Assembly (NCBI GenBank): GCA_025449905.1
Contig: JANWIN010000012.1
Span: 45,318-109,317, forward strand
DNA length: 64,000 nt
Direction of reading: 5' to 3'
From: Candidatus Saccharimonadales bacterium
GTDB lineage: Bacteria; Patescibacteriota; Saccharimonadia; Saccharimonadales; JANWIN01
In this document: positions 1 to 8,596 of the stretch, piece after piece
Layout: every line of letters begins with the position of its first letter
Numbering within the stretch: position 1 is the first letter of the stretch
Translations under genes and position numbers: made by a program
Notes under the pieces: generated by a model
Seen by the model: the letters and a program-made list of their open reading frames with translations, nothing else
Told to the model about the DNA's origin: nothing
Database searches by the model: none

Positions 1-1
1 G

Positions 2-148
2 CAAACCTCTTCAAATCAAAACGTTGCACCGGCAACAACTGATGACGTTGATGAAACCACCAAAGATATTGATAAAACCCTCAAAGAAGCCGATAACGCA
101 GGTGATGTTAGCTCGTCAGATCTAGACGACAGCAACCTCGGTCTATAA
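2..148 (+). CDS. 3' end of unidentified CDS (acidic low-complexity C-terminal tail; 5' part outside window)
   Basis: Only frame open from window edge to TAA 146-148; translates QTSSNQNVAPATTDDVDETTKDIDKTLKEADNAGDVSSSDLDDSNLGL*. Confidence 0.35.
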   Translation, partial: QTSSNQNVAPATTDDVDETTKDIDKTLKEADNAGDVSSSDLDDSNLGL

Positions 149-320
149 CTACGACTTCACAACACTTTAATCTGCTTGCATGCAAAGCATACAATACTGC
201 AAAAGTTTTTGGCGCATTGCTGTGTCAGCTACCTGTGCGGCTCGCTCATCGTACTACCAGAGTACGACTCGCTCACTGCTCGTTGCTTCCGTGCACTGCA
301 CGCAAATGTGAAGCCGTAGT
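148..320 (+). ncRNA. candidate structured intergenic RNA element (unknown class)
   Basis: 148-161 (actacgacttcaca) pairs 13/14 with 307-320 (tgtgaagccgtagt), closing a ~145 nt region with internal hairpins (173-189; cgtact-accag-agtacg flanked by direct ctcgctca repeats). Confidence 0.2.
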
Positions 321-334
321 ACTATTGAATAGTT

Positions 335-931
335 GTGGCTAAGGATTTTAAGAATCTCGAGGATGAAGACTTAATAGAATTAATTAAAAATGGCGCGGTT
401 GGGGTCATTCCGACTGACACTGTTTACGGGCTGGTTTGTGCTGCTGCAAATGAATCGGCGGTCAAGCGCCTTTACGCTTTAAAAAAGCGCGAGCATAAAC
501 CCGGCACAGTTATTGCTGCTAATGTCGACCAACTCGTGGACCTTGGGCTTAAATATCGCTACGTCAAAGCCGTGGAAGAGTATTGGCCGAATGCCCTAAG
601 TATTATTGTGCCATTTAGCGATCCTCAAAGAAGTTATTTACGCCAGGGAAAGCCTGATATTGCCGTACGAATATCCAATGACAAGACACTTAACATGTTA
701 ACTATTGCTACCGGTCCGCTGTTGACCACCAGCGCCAACCAACCCGGCGAACCGACGGCCAATAATTTATCAGAAGCTCAAAAATATTTTGGCGATCAGG
801 TTGATTTTTATGTGGACGGCGGCGATTTATCTGACCGCGACCCTTCTACTATTATTAGAATCATTGACGATGAAGTTGAAGTCATGCGTGAGGGGGCTGT
901 TAAAATTGATGAGAATGGACGCGTAATATGA
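335..931 (+). CDS. tsaC: L-threonylcarbamoyladenylate synthase (YrdC/Sua5/TsaC family)
   Basis: GTG start; YrdC-domain motifs GVIPTDTVYGLVC and LLTTSANQPGEP. Confidence 0.85.
   Translation: MAKDFKNLEDEDLIELIKNGAVGVIPTDTVYGLVCAAANESAVKRLYALKKREHKPGTVIAANVDQLVDLGLKYRYVKAVEEYWPNALSIIVPFSDPQRSYLRQGKPDIAVRISNDKTLNMLTIATGPLLTTSANQPGEPTANNLSEAQKYFGDQVDFYVDGGDLSDRDPSTIIRIIDDEVEVMREGAVKIDENGRVI
690..701. repeat. TTAACATGTTAA palindrome copy 1 (inside tsaC, read as LNMLT)
   Basis: Perfect 12-mer; 21-mer acacttaacatgttaactatt identical to copy in dus. Confidence 0.9.
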
Positions 932-1275
932 ATTTTAATGACTACCAGAAAAAAGCTCTTAGTACCGATCTTGGCGCCGGCAAATCAAACAAATACGCCC
1001 ATGACCCAGCTTATGTTGATAAAATCTTAAGCTTTGTCGGCGAGGCTGGTGAAGTAGCTGAAAAGTATAAGAAAATAATCCGTGACAAGGGCGGCGTTAT
1101 TAGCAAGGAAGACAAACAGGAAATCATTAAAGAAATTGGTGATGTCCTTTGGTATATTGCAGTTCTTGCTGACTATTTAGGAGTTTCGTTAAACGAACTA
1201 GCTCAAGCCAATGTAGAAAAACTAGCCAGCCGCAAACAACGGAACAAATTATCCGGCAGAGGCGATAACCGATGA
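928..1275 (+). CDS. MazG-like nucleotide pyrophosphohydrolase
   Basis: Small all-alpha MazG pattern (GEAGEVAEKYKK, GDVLWYIAVLA, NVEKLASR); 4-nt overlap with tsaC. Confidence 0.8.
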   Translation: MNFNDYQKKALSTDLGAGKSNKYAHDPAYVDKILSFVGEAGEVAEKYKKIIRDKGGVISKEDKQEIIKEIGDVLWYIAVLADYLGVSLNELAQANVEKLASRKQRNKLSGRGDNR

Positions 1276-1724
1276 ATAAATTCGGCACGGCTACACCATA
1301 CATTGCGAGTTATGTCCTTTTAAAAAAGGGCAATAAAATCCTTTTTATTTTACGCAGCAATACCTCTTGGATGGATGGCAAGTGGGGCATTGCAGCAGGC
1401 AAGGTTGAAAATGATGAAACCTACGCTGAAGCGGCTATCCGTGAAGCTAAAGAAGAAGCAGGCGTTAAAGTTAAAGCTACCGATTTGCATCCCGTTCTTA
1501 CTATTCACAGAAAAGAAGCAGAAGACAAAACTAATATATGGGTAGACGTTTTCTTTGAAGCTACAAAATGGGAGGGCGATCCGTATAATGCTGAACCGCA
1601 CGTGCATGCTAAAGTGGAATGGTTTGATTTAAATAAATTGCCAGATAATATTGTGCCAATGCTTGGCTTTGCCTTAAAGCAAATCAAAGCCGGCAAAATA
1701 TATGCTGAATACGGCTGGAGCTAG
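1272..1724 (+). CDS. NUDIX hydrolase
   Basis: Nudix box GKVENDETYAEAAIREAKEEAGV; 4-nt overlap with upstream gene. Confidence 0.85.
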   Translation: MNKFGTATPYIASYVLLKKGNKILFILRSNTSWMDGKWGIAAGKVENDETYAEAAIREAKEEAGVKVKATDLHPVLTIHRKEAEDKTNIWVDVFFEATKWEGDPYNAEPHVHAKVEWFDLNKLPDNIVPMLGFALKQIKAGKIYAEYGWS

Positions 1725-3016
1725 GCCTTAAATTCTTTGCGAACCCACTCATCTAAGCTATCACCACCACCACCAGCCATAGCGACAACCATGTCGCCAG
1801 CTTTAAGGTGCTTTTCAATAACTGCTATTAATTTATCATCACGCTCAAGGGATTCAGCTATACTTGGGTCGCTCAAGTGCATAATTAATTCTTCGGGTGG
1901 GATGATTCTATCCTTGGGGTCTTCGCGGGCCAAATAACTTGGGATCCAGTAAACTTTTTTAGCGCCGTCAAAACAATTTCCATAATCGTCCATCATGTGA
2001 TGTTGGCGTCGATTGGTTAAAGGTTCATAAACAACCACCACGTTTTGGTTTTTATGGGCGGCCATTTCTAACGCCACACTCATAGCACCACGAATCTTTT
2101 CGGGCGTGTGAGCATAATCACTGTATAATCCGGGTACAATTTCTTCCATTCGCCGCTGCAGCCCAGGGAACTTGCTCATCAGCTCGATGAGTTTTTTAAT
2201 TGGCGTATTAGTAACTTCATGTACAGCTAGAATAGCCAGCCAGCCGTCTAGGCGGTTGTACTTGCCGCGTAAGTTAATATGTTGAATTTGCAGGTTTGCT
2301 GCATCTTGGATCGAAACGTTGTCTGCCTGATTCAAGCCTAAATAATCAGCATCATCCTGCCATAAGAATGTCCATTTGCTTTGAGAGATAAATTCCTTAA
2401 AAGCTTGCTGGTAATCTTCACGGGTGGGGAAAATCTCATGATGGTCCCAACTAACGCCGCTAATTAGACTTAAATAGGGCTTAAAGGCTAAAAAGTTCCT
2501 ATCAAACTCATCACACTCATAAACAAAGTATTCTGATAATTTTTTATATGCACCCATACCGCCAAAGCTAATTTTGGCGCCAACTGAGTAGCTCAGCGGC
2601 TGACCAAGCTCTTTAAATAACCAAACTAACATTGCTGTGGTAGTGGTTTTACCATGTGTGCCGGCCACGGCGATTAGTTTAAGTTTTTTATCGGTTAAAA
2701 TTTGGTTAATAAATTCATCACGTTTGGAAGTCTTAATATTCTGTTCGGTGCAAAACTTGAGCTCATCGGCATCGGGATTTTCTAGTGGCAGGGCCGAGGT
2801 GTAAACAAACCAATCAATCGGCTTCTCAGAGTGAACTTTAGCAATTTGCTCTTTGGACTGCCCAATGTGAATATTATTAAGTCCTTTATTTCGTAGATAC
2901 TCAATATACTGTGAATCCTGCTTATCAGAGCCGGATACTTCATAGCCGGCCTGTTTAGCAATCATAGCCAGCGGACCAATGGCCGTACCGCCAATACCGC
3001 TAAAGTAAACATGCAT
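1721..3016 (-). CDS. murC: Mur ligase family protein, MurC/Mpl-like (UDP-N-acetylmuramate--L-alanine ligase)
   Basis: N-terminal FSGIGGTAIGPLA..SGSD and Mur-ligase P-loop AGTHGKTTTT. Confidence 0.7.
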   Translation of the reverse strand: MHVYFSGIGGTAIGPLAMIAKQAGYEVSGSDKQDSQYIEYLRNKGLNNIHIGQSKEQIAKVHSEKPIDWFVYTSALPLENPDADELKFCTEQNIKTSKRDEFINQILTDKKLKLIAVAGTHGKTTTTAMLVWLFKELGQPLSYSVGAKISFGGMGAYKKLSEYFVYECDEFDRNFLAFKPYLSLISGVSWDHHEIFPTREDYQQAFKEFISQSKWTFLWQDDADYLGLNQADNVSIQDAANLQIQHINLRGKYNRLDGWLAILAVHEVTNTPIKKLIELMSKFPGLQRRMEEIVPGLYSDYAHTPEKIRGAMSVALEMAAHKNQNVVVVYEPLTNRRQHHMMDDYGNCFDGAKKVYWIPSYLAREDPKDRIIPPEELIMHLSDPSIAESLERDDKLIAVIEKHLKAGDMVVAMAGGGGDSLDEWVRKEFKA

Positions 3017-3041
3017 AGTTTAAAGTATAATCGTAACCAAG

Positions 3042-3659
3042 ATGGTCGACAAAAAGAAACTGCACTATTACTGGACTAAACTCCGGCCGATTAGCTATTG
3101 GTATTTTTTACTGGCTTTTTTAATTAGCTTAGTTATAACTGTTCACGCCTTGCGTCAAAATAATCTACATATGCTTAAACTTAAAAGTGCTGTCACCCAA
3201 GCTGACAAAAATAATGGTAACGTTGAAAAGGCTCTCCAAAATCTGCGAGCATATGTTTATGCTCATATGAATACAAACCTAGCCAGTGGTCCAAATGCTA
3301 TCAAACCACCAATTCAACTTAAATATCGTTATGAGCGTTTATTAAAGGCCGAACAAAAGCGGGTAGGTAGTGCCAACGACAATGTTTACACGGCTGCCCA
3401 GCATTACTGCGAAGCTAAATATCCAAGTAGTTTCTCCGGCGGACCACGTACACCTTGCATTGCCGATTACGTTTCTAGCCATGGAGTAAAAACCAAACCA
3501 ATTGACGATACGCTTTACAAATTTGATTTTGTATCGCCGCGCTGGTCGCCGGACCTAGCCGGCTGGGGCGTGGTTATAACAACAATCCTGCTTTTCTTGT
3601 TTTTACTTAGGTATGGGCTGGAGCGGTGGGCTCGCTCGGTTTTAAAGACTCACGAATAA
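3042..3659 (+). CDS. hypothetical membrane protein
   Basis: 205 aa ORF with N- and C-terminal hydrophobic helices; TATAAT at 3026-3031 ten nt upstream of ATG. Confidence 0.6.
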   Translation: MVDKKKLHYYWTKLRPISYWYFLLAFLISLVITVHALRQNNLHMLKLKSAVTQADKNNGNVEKALQNLRAYVYAHMNTNLASGPNAIKPPIQLKYRYERLLKAEQKRVGSANDNVYTAAQHYCEAKYPSSFSGGPRTPCIADYVSSHGVKTKPIDDTLYKFDFVSPRWSPDLAGWGVVITTILLFLFLLRYGLERWARSVLKTHE

Positions 3660-3661
3660 GA

Positions 3662-4261
3662 CTATTGAGCCGTCGTCGTATTGGTTTTTTGTTCGGTAGT
3701 AGTGCTTGAATTAGTGTTCGTCTGTGTTGAGCTGTGAGTGTTGGTTGAGTTTGATTGCGTGGTTGAAGTTGTACATTTCTGCCCATTGGGATTTTTGGTC
3801 TTAAATTCATCAATTTTCTTAACCAGCTCACCATTATTATCTAAGTTTTCCCAATACGACAGTTGGTCACGGCTAATGATTATCTCATCATCAGGCGAAT
3901 GGCGCTCACAACCAAGTTTAATAAGCTGTAGACTACTGCTCCCAGTCTGTTCGTCGCCTTGAAGGGTTTGATTTTCACTAAGATAGAACACATCCTGGAT
4001 ACGTACAAATTTTCCACTCAAGTTTGTTATATGGCCATAATAAGCCTGACCGTTAGCAAGCTGCAGCGCTTGATACTGGTTGTCTTTAACGTACTTGGCC
4101 TCATTGGCATTACCACCCAGTGCTAAATAGATAATAACAGCTACAATTAAACCGGTGGCTGAAAACAGTAATGCCGTATAGCCAATTTTTAACCATTTAC
4201 TTATTGTGCGTCTTTTTTTACCTTCTTCTGATTTTGCAGACTGGGGAGCCGAAAAATCCAT
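3662..4261 (-). CDS. hypothetical membrane-anchored protein with T/S/N-rich C-terminal tail
   Basis: N-terminal TM helix; AAGAGG RBS upstream; C-terminus TTSTTQSNSTNTHSSTQTNTNSSTTT. Confidence 0.6.
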   Translation of the reverse strand: MDFSAPQSAKSEEGKKRRTISKWLKIGYTALLFSATGLIVAVIIYLALGGNANEAKYVKDNQYQALQLANGQAYYGHITNLSGKFVRIQDVFYLSENQTLQGDEQTGSSSLQLIKLGCERHSPDDEIIISRDQLSYWENLDNNGELVKKIDEFKTKNPNGQKCTTSTTQSNSTNTHSSTQTNTNSSTTTEQKTNTTTAQ

Positions 4262-4438
4262 AAATAGCCTCTTTTTCCTTATTAGTCTTGATTGCTTACG
4301 AGATAAGTGTAATACATAAGCACTACCCCAGGCAACCCGGACGGAGTAATTTTTACACCTTAGGCATCTGGTAGAATTAACGGGCAGTTAACAGGGGTAG
4401 TAACGGTAAAGCTTAGGGGTAAAAGGCTAAATTACAGG

Positions 4439-4468
4439 TTGACAAGTGAAAAGGCTACAGAGTATGTT
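4439..4468 (+). promoter_or_regulatory. sigma70-type promoter for small basic protein gene
   Basis: TTGACA 4439-4444, 17-18 nt spacer, tatgtt -10; followed by RBS GAGGGGAG and ATG 4507; flanked by TTAGGGGTA repeats. Confidence 0.45.
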
Positions 4469-4506
4469 AGGGGTACATTACAATTTTAAGAGGGGAGACA
4501 TAGCAT

Positions 4507-4701
4507 ATGGCTTACAAGCACACAAACTCAAAAGGTGTAACATACTACCTTAACTCAAAGAACGTAACACTTCGCGGTGGTAAAGACCAAAGAATTTATT
4601 ACTTCAGCAAAGACGAGCGCCCTGAAGGCACTGATCTGCCTGACGGTTTTGTAGTAAATGAAAACCCACGCAACGGCTTTTTGACCGTTAAAAGAAAATA
4701 A
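4507..4701 (+). CDS. small conserved-looking basic protein of unknown function (64 aa)
   Basis: Own promoter, strong RBS and intrinsic terminator; sequence KGVTYYLNSK...RIYYFSKD...LPDGFVVNENPRNGFLTVKRK. Confidence 0.7.
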   Translation: MAYKHTNSKGVTYYLNSKNVTLRGGKDQRIYYFSKDERPEGTDLPDGFVVNENPRNGFLTVKRK

Positions 4702-4722
4702 GACCTATTCTTAGGCAATTTA

Positions 4723-4752
4723 ACCGCTCGGGGACCACCTCGGGCGGTTTTT
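4723..4752 (+). terminator. intrinsic terminator
   Basis: 11-bp GC-rich stem (4723-4733 / 4738-4748) followed by TTTT. Confidence 0.75.
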
Positions 4753-4763
4753 AGTTTAAGGGG

Positions 4764-4792
4764 TTGTCAAGTAAGCATAAGTGTGATATAGT
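4764..4792 (+). promoter_or_regulatory. promoter giving a leaderless mRNA for 4799 CDS
   Basis: TTGTCA 4764-4769, 17 nt, TGaTATAGT (-10 at 4787-4792), only 6 nt to ATG 4799, no SD. Confidence 0.5.
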
Positions 4793-4798
4793 AGGCTT

Positions 4799-5377
4799 AT
4801 GGCTAGCAATCAATCTAACCCTGATGCCATCCAACCTGACAGTCCTTTGCAACAGTATAAGCGAGAGGTTCTTAGAACAGCAGGTCTGCCTGAATATGAG
4901 ATGGACGATCCAGCGAGACCATTTACCGAAGAGTATGACGAAAGTCTAAGGGACTCTGGCCCTCTAGGCGATACCCAATCTGATTTAGCAGCTCATGACT
5001 TGGAAGTTGACGCAGCTTCTAGACCGTCACCATCCAAAGAGACTCTTGTTGCTCGAGTAGATAGGTTGGCTGAGGCTGCTAAGAAGACTGGTGAAAAGGC
5101 TGTTAGAGCCAACGATCCTTATGAAGATCTAGGGGGCGGTATACGAACCTATAGAGAAGAAGGTAAATTAGAACTTGGCCGCAGACAAGATATTATTCAA
5201 ACGACCGCGCATGGCAGAGGCGGTCAGTTAGTAACCCGTCTAACCCTAAACGGTAAATTTCTAGATATACCGCAACGTGAAAGCGTGCCTCATGCGCCAG
5301 AGATAGAAAAAGCAAAAGATCTTTTAGTCAGCGGCCATGGTGCATCAGTTTCAAGGCTTTCCAAAAAGTCTAACTAG
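4799..5377 (+). CDS. hypothetical protein (acidic/disordered N-terminal half)
   Basis: 192 aa ORF, no recognisable domain. Confidence 0.55.
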   Translation: MASNQSNPDAIQPDSPLQQYKREVLRTAGLPEYEMDDPARPFTEEYDESLRDSGPLGDTQSDLAAHDLEVDAASRPSPSKETLVARVDRLAEAAKKTGEKAVRANDPYEDLGGGIRTYREEGKLELGRRQDIIQTTAHGRGGQLVTRLTLNGKFLDIPQRESVPHAPEIEKAKDLLVSGHGASVSRLSKKSN

Positions 5378-5392
5378 TATATAAATAGAGTA

Positions 5393-6325
5393 ATGCTAAA
5401 TCTACCCAAACCCTTTTTGGTGTTGGCGCCAATGGATGATGTAACCGACACGGTATTTCGCCAAATTGTGAACGACTGCGCTAAACCGGATCTATTTATA
5501 ACCGAGTTTGTAAACGTTGATGGTTTGCAGAGCCCTGGACGGCCTAAACTTCTACACAAGTTGGCTTTAAGTAGCAAAGAACAGCCAGTAATCGCTCAAA
5601 TTTGGGGTAAGAACCCTGAAAATTATTACAAAACCACTAAAGACCTAATAAATATGGGCTTTGACGGGGTAGATATAAATATGGGCTGTCCGGTGAAGGC
5701 TGTAGTGAAGAATGGCTGTTGCATCGCTTTAATTGATAACAGGGAACTGGCAGGGGAGATAATCGCAGCCGTCAGGGAAGCGGCAGGGAAGTACTTCCCT
5801 GTCAGCGTCAAAACGCGGCTGGGCCTAAAAACGGTAGATTTAAGCTGGATAGAATTCTTACTTGGTCAAACACTTAACATGTTAACTATTCATGGTCGTA
5901 CAGCCAAAGATTTGTCTAAAGTTCCGGCCAACTGGGATTTAATCGGCGAAGCCCGAGGTTTACGCGACCAGCTCTCACCTGCCACCTTGCTTGTTGGTAA
6001 CGGCGACGTTATTTCCCGACCCCAAGCACTAGAACTAGCTAATAAATATAAACTGGACGGCGTAATGATTGGCCGCGGTATTTTTGAAGACCCTTTTATT
6101 TTTTCTACTAGCTCGCCGTGGCCAAACTTTAACAAAGAACAAAAGATAGCTCTTTATAAAAATCACGTTGAGCTGTTTGCTAAGACTTACAAAAAAGGGG
6201 AGCGCGGGGTCAAAACTCTAAATAAATTTTGCAAAGTTTATATTAATGGGTTTGAAGGCGCCAAAGAATTGCGTGAAAGATTGATGCTGGCTAAAAGTAC
6301 TAACGAGCTGCTGGAACTACTTTAA
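5393..6325 (+). CDS. dus: tRNA-dihydrouridine synthase
   Basis: LAPMDDVTDTVFR, DINMGCP, HGRT motifs of the Dus TIM-barrel family. Confidence 0.9.
   Translation: MLNLPKPFLVLAPMDDVTDTVFRQIVNDCAKPDLFITEFVNVDGLQSPGRPKLLHKLALSSKEQPVIAQIWGKNPENYYKTTKDLINMGFDGVDINMGCPVKAVVKNGCCIALIDNRELAGEIIAAVREAAGKYFPVSVKTRLGLKTVDLSWIEFLLGQTLNMLTIHGRTAKDLSKVPANWDLIGEARGLRDQLSPATLLVGNGDVISRPQALELANKYKLDGVMIGRGIFEDPFIFSTSSPWPNFNKEQKIALYKNHVELFAKTYKKGERGVKTLNKFCKVYINGFEGAKELRERLMLAKSTNELLELL
5874..5885. repeat. TTAACATGTTAA palindrome copy 2 (inside dus, read as LNMLT)
   Basis: Perfect 12-mer, same 21-mer as copy 1. Confidence 0.9.
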
Positions 6326-6735
6326 AGCGGTAGTAAATCTACGGTTTGATTCACCAAAGGCTGGACCAGAGAATTAATCGGTCCCTCGGGCCTAGAGCTG
6401 GATTGGGCTTCTTGCGGCGTTGAAGCGCCTGAGCTTTTAGTCGCTAAACTAGGCGAGCTGTTTGCTGCTTCTACACCATTAGCAACTCTAGAGCTTGGGT
6501 TCAATGAATTGTTATTTGACGAGCTACCAGTCGCTGGCGGCGGACTATTTATCGCCAATGTCTGTTTATAATTCGGCTCTAGCCTTTCAGTAACTGCCGA
6601 AGCCGGTAGAACTGGAACGAACGGTTGTTTTGTCGGTCCTCGCATCACCAACAAAAGTCCTATTAAAATTACCAATAAAACGGTTAGTCTAATATCTCCT
6701 AGTACTCTAACCATGACTATAATTATGGCATTCAA
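6322..6735 (-). CDS. hypothetical membrane-anchored S/P/N-rich protein
   Basis: 137 aa ORF, N-terminal TM helix, low-complexity exterior part; start uncertain. Confidence 0.45.
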   Translation of the reverse strand: MNAIIIVMVRVLGDIRLTVLLVILIGLLLVMRGPTKQPFVPVLPASAVTERLEPNYKQTLAINSPPPATGSSSNNNSLNPSSRVANGVEAANSSPSLATKSSGASTPQEAQSSSRPEGPINSLVQPLVNQTVDLLPL

Positions 6736-6765
6736 CTAAAATGATTCTGTGAAAAACCTCACAGC

Positions 6766-6801
6766 GAATACTCCGTGGACATCTAAGCCCACGGAGTATT
6801 C
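6766..6801 (-). terminator. intrinsic terminator hairpin downstream of secreted paralog A
   Basis: gaatactccgtgg / ccacggagtattc 13-bp stem. Confidence 0.55.
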
Positions 6802-6822
6802 GACGGCTGTAGCCTAAAAGAA

Positions 6823-7614
6823 TTAGCCGTTAGCCGGATTTCGACCACCGGTGGCTACATAGCTTACGCAGTCACCTTGGTTTTTGAATGAATTACCGTC
6901 GGCATCTATCAGGTTCATCCAACCACCCTTTTTACATTCGTCTTTGTCGGCTGGTTGATCGTAATTGTAAACTTTGCCGTCAACATCGGTATTGTCAATT
7001 AAGAAAGTTTGCTCATTGTCTGGGTGCGCCCAAGAAGAATCAACAACAACGGAAACACCTAAAACCTGCAATCCCCCATAGTTGGTTAAAGCGTTAGGGT
7101 AGGGATCATAAAAAGTCCCACCTAGTTGTGAAGTATCCACTAGCTTGGCTGCGTCAAGCAAATCAGTGGTATTTTGCCAAACTCCCGGGATGCACGGCGG
7201 AGAAGCTGAGTCTGGGCCAAAGTAAACAAAAATGTTATCACCAGATGGGTCCGAATCTGCTGGGCCGGTTTCAGCGACTCGGATCTGGAAGCGTGGCGAA
7301 CCACCAACGCACAAATCATCGGCTTCTGGCTTGAAGTCTGTAGAAAGACTGTCTAAATCAGCAAAGGTAGTTCCGCCCGGTACGTTGTAGCTAACACCGC
7401 CGAAACCTGGGTCAGCATCAGATCTAATTTGTACGGCGTGCGGGGAAGCATTGCCGGGTGAGACAATTTGCGCATCGCCAAACAGCGTGTAGCCGGTGGC
7501 AGCACTGGCGACCCCGCTGGAAATTAGCGTTGCGGCTGAAAAAGCCAATCCTGTACCGATTGTCAGGAATTGCTTTTTGAATCTGTTAAATTTTTTTCTA
7601 ATGATATTTATCAT
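6823..7614 (-). CDS. secreted hypothetical protein, paralog A (C-terminal CKKGGW...FKNQGDCVSYV motif)
   Basis: GGAGG RBS before ATG at 7614 (ORF track start 7629 lacks RBS); signal-peptide-like N-terminus; shares GDAQ.V, RSD.DPGFG, TFADL, GSPRF, C.PG.WQNT blocks with 7725-8498. Confidence 0.7.
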   Translation of the reverse strand: MINIIRKKFNRFKKQFLTIGTGLAFSAATLISSGVASAATGYTLFGDAQIVSPGNASPHAVQIRSDADPGFGGVSYNVPGGTTFADLDSLSTDFKPEADDLCVGGSPRFQIRVAETGPADSDPSGDNIFVYFGPDSASPPCIPGVWQNTTDLLDAAKLVDTSQLGGTFYDPYPNALTNYGGLQVLGVSVVVDSSWAHPDNEQTFLIDNTDVDGKVYNYDQPADKDECKKGGWMNLIDADGNSFKNQGDCVSYVATGGRNPANG

Positions 7615-7680
7615 GTGACCTCCATTCATTTAACTTAAACTTTTTAACATTTTTACGTACTTATGACAGTTAAAAAAGTT

Positions 7681-7712
7681 ACAGCTCCGTCGAATACTCA
7701 CCACGGAGCTGT
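7681..7712 (-). terminator. intrinsic terminator downstream of paralog B
   Basis: acagctccgt / acggagctgt stem; T-run follows on minus strand. Confidence 0.65.
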
Positions 7713-7724
7713 ACAAACTTAAAC

Positions 7725-8498
7725 TTAATTGTTGTGCCAGAAGCTGTCTTCGTTCTCATTATCCTTCCACCAATTATCGTGGTGGTGATGATGGTGGTGG
7801 TGTCTATGGTTGTCAAAGGTGTACAACTTATTGTTAATTACCACGTTGTCTGCAAGTACAACTTGGCGGCCATCTCCACCGCTAGCTTCTTCGCTGTCGC
7901 CACCATCGACTATCAGCTTTATCTTATTTATCTGCAAGTCACCGAAGTTAGCTAAAACGTCATCGTAGGTACTACAAGCATCTCCACCCAGTTCAGATGT
8001 ATTGAAGCGACAAGCATCGTTATTACCAATCAATTCACCCGTATTTTGCCAACCAGGGTCACAATTCATGAAATCTGGTGATGGCCCAATGTAGACATAG
8101 ATATTACCTTCGTCGGTTTTTAGCTTAAACCGAGGTGAACCGTCACCACAGCCATCACCGTCTTTAATCTTATAGTCACCGCTAAGGTGAGTTAAATCAG
8201 CAAAAGTTTTATCATGTTTAAGTTTAAAACTTACAGCCCCAAAACCCGGGTCTTCATCCGAGCGCAATTTAACTATATTTTTATGCTGGTTGTGTTTGCG
8301 GACAAGCTGAGCATCACCTTGCAGTGAAAAGTTTTGCCTATTTTTCCAATTGTTCCACCAGTTCCCATTATCATTGCCATGCCAGCCATGAGCCATAGCC
8401 ACACTACCGGAAGCAGCTATACCCATAGGAAAGGATAGGGCTATTGTTATTAATAATAATCTACGTTTTAGGTATCTTAAGTTTATAATATGCTTCAT
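7725..8498 (-). CDS. secreted hypothetical protein, paralog B, with natural poly-His tract
   Basis: AAGGAG RBS; signal-peptide-like N-terminus; HRHHHHHHHH near C-terminus flanked by W/N-rich segments. Confidence 0.7.
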   Translation of the reverse strand: MKHIINLRYLKRRLLLITIALSFPMGIAASGSVAMAHGWHGNDNGNWWNNWKNRQNFSLQGDAQLVRKHNQHKNIVKLRSDEDPGFGAVSFKLKHDKTFADLTHLSGDYKIKDGDGCGDGSPRFKLKTDEGNIYVYIGPSPDFMNCDPGWQNTGELIGNNDACRFNTSELGGDACSTYDDVLANFGDLQINKIKLIVDGGDSEEASGGDGRQVVLADNVVINNKLYTFDNHRHHHHHHHHDNWWKDNENEDSFWHNN

Positions 8499-8596
8499 GT
8501 TTAATCTCCTTATAGTTAACCTAACCTTTTTAACATTTTGACCGCGTGTAGACTGTCAAAAAAATGACAGCCTGCTTATTAAAAAAATCACAAATT

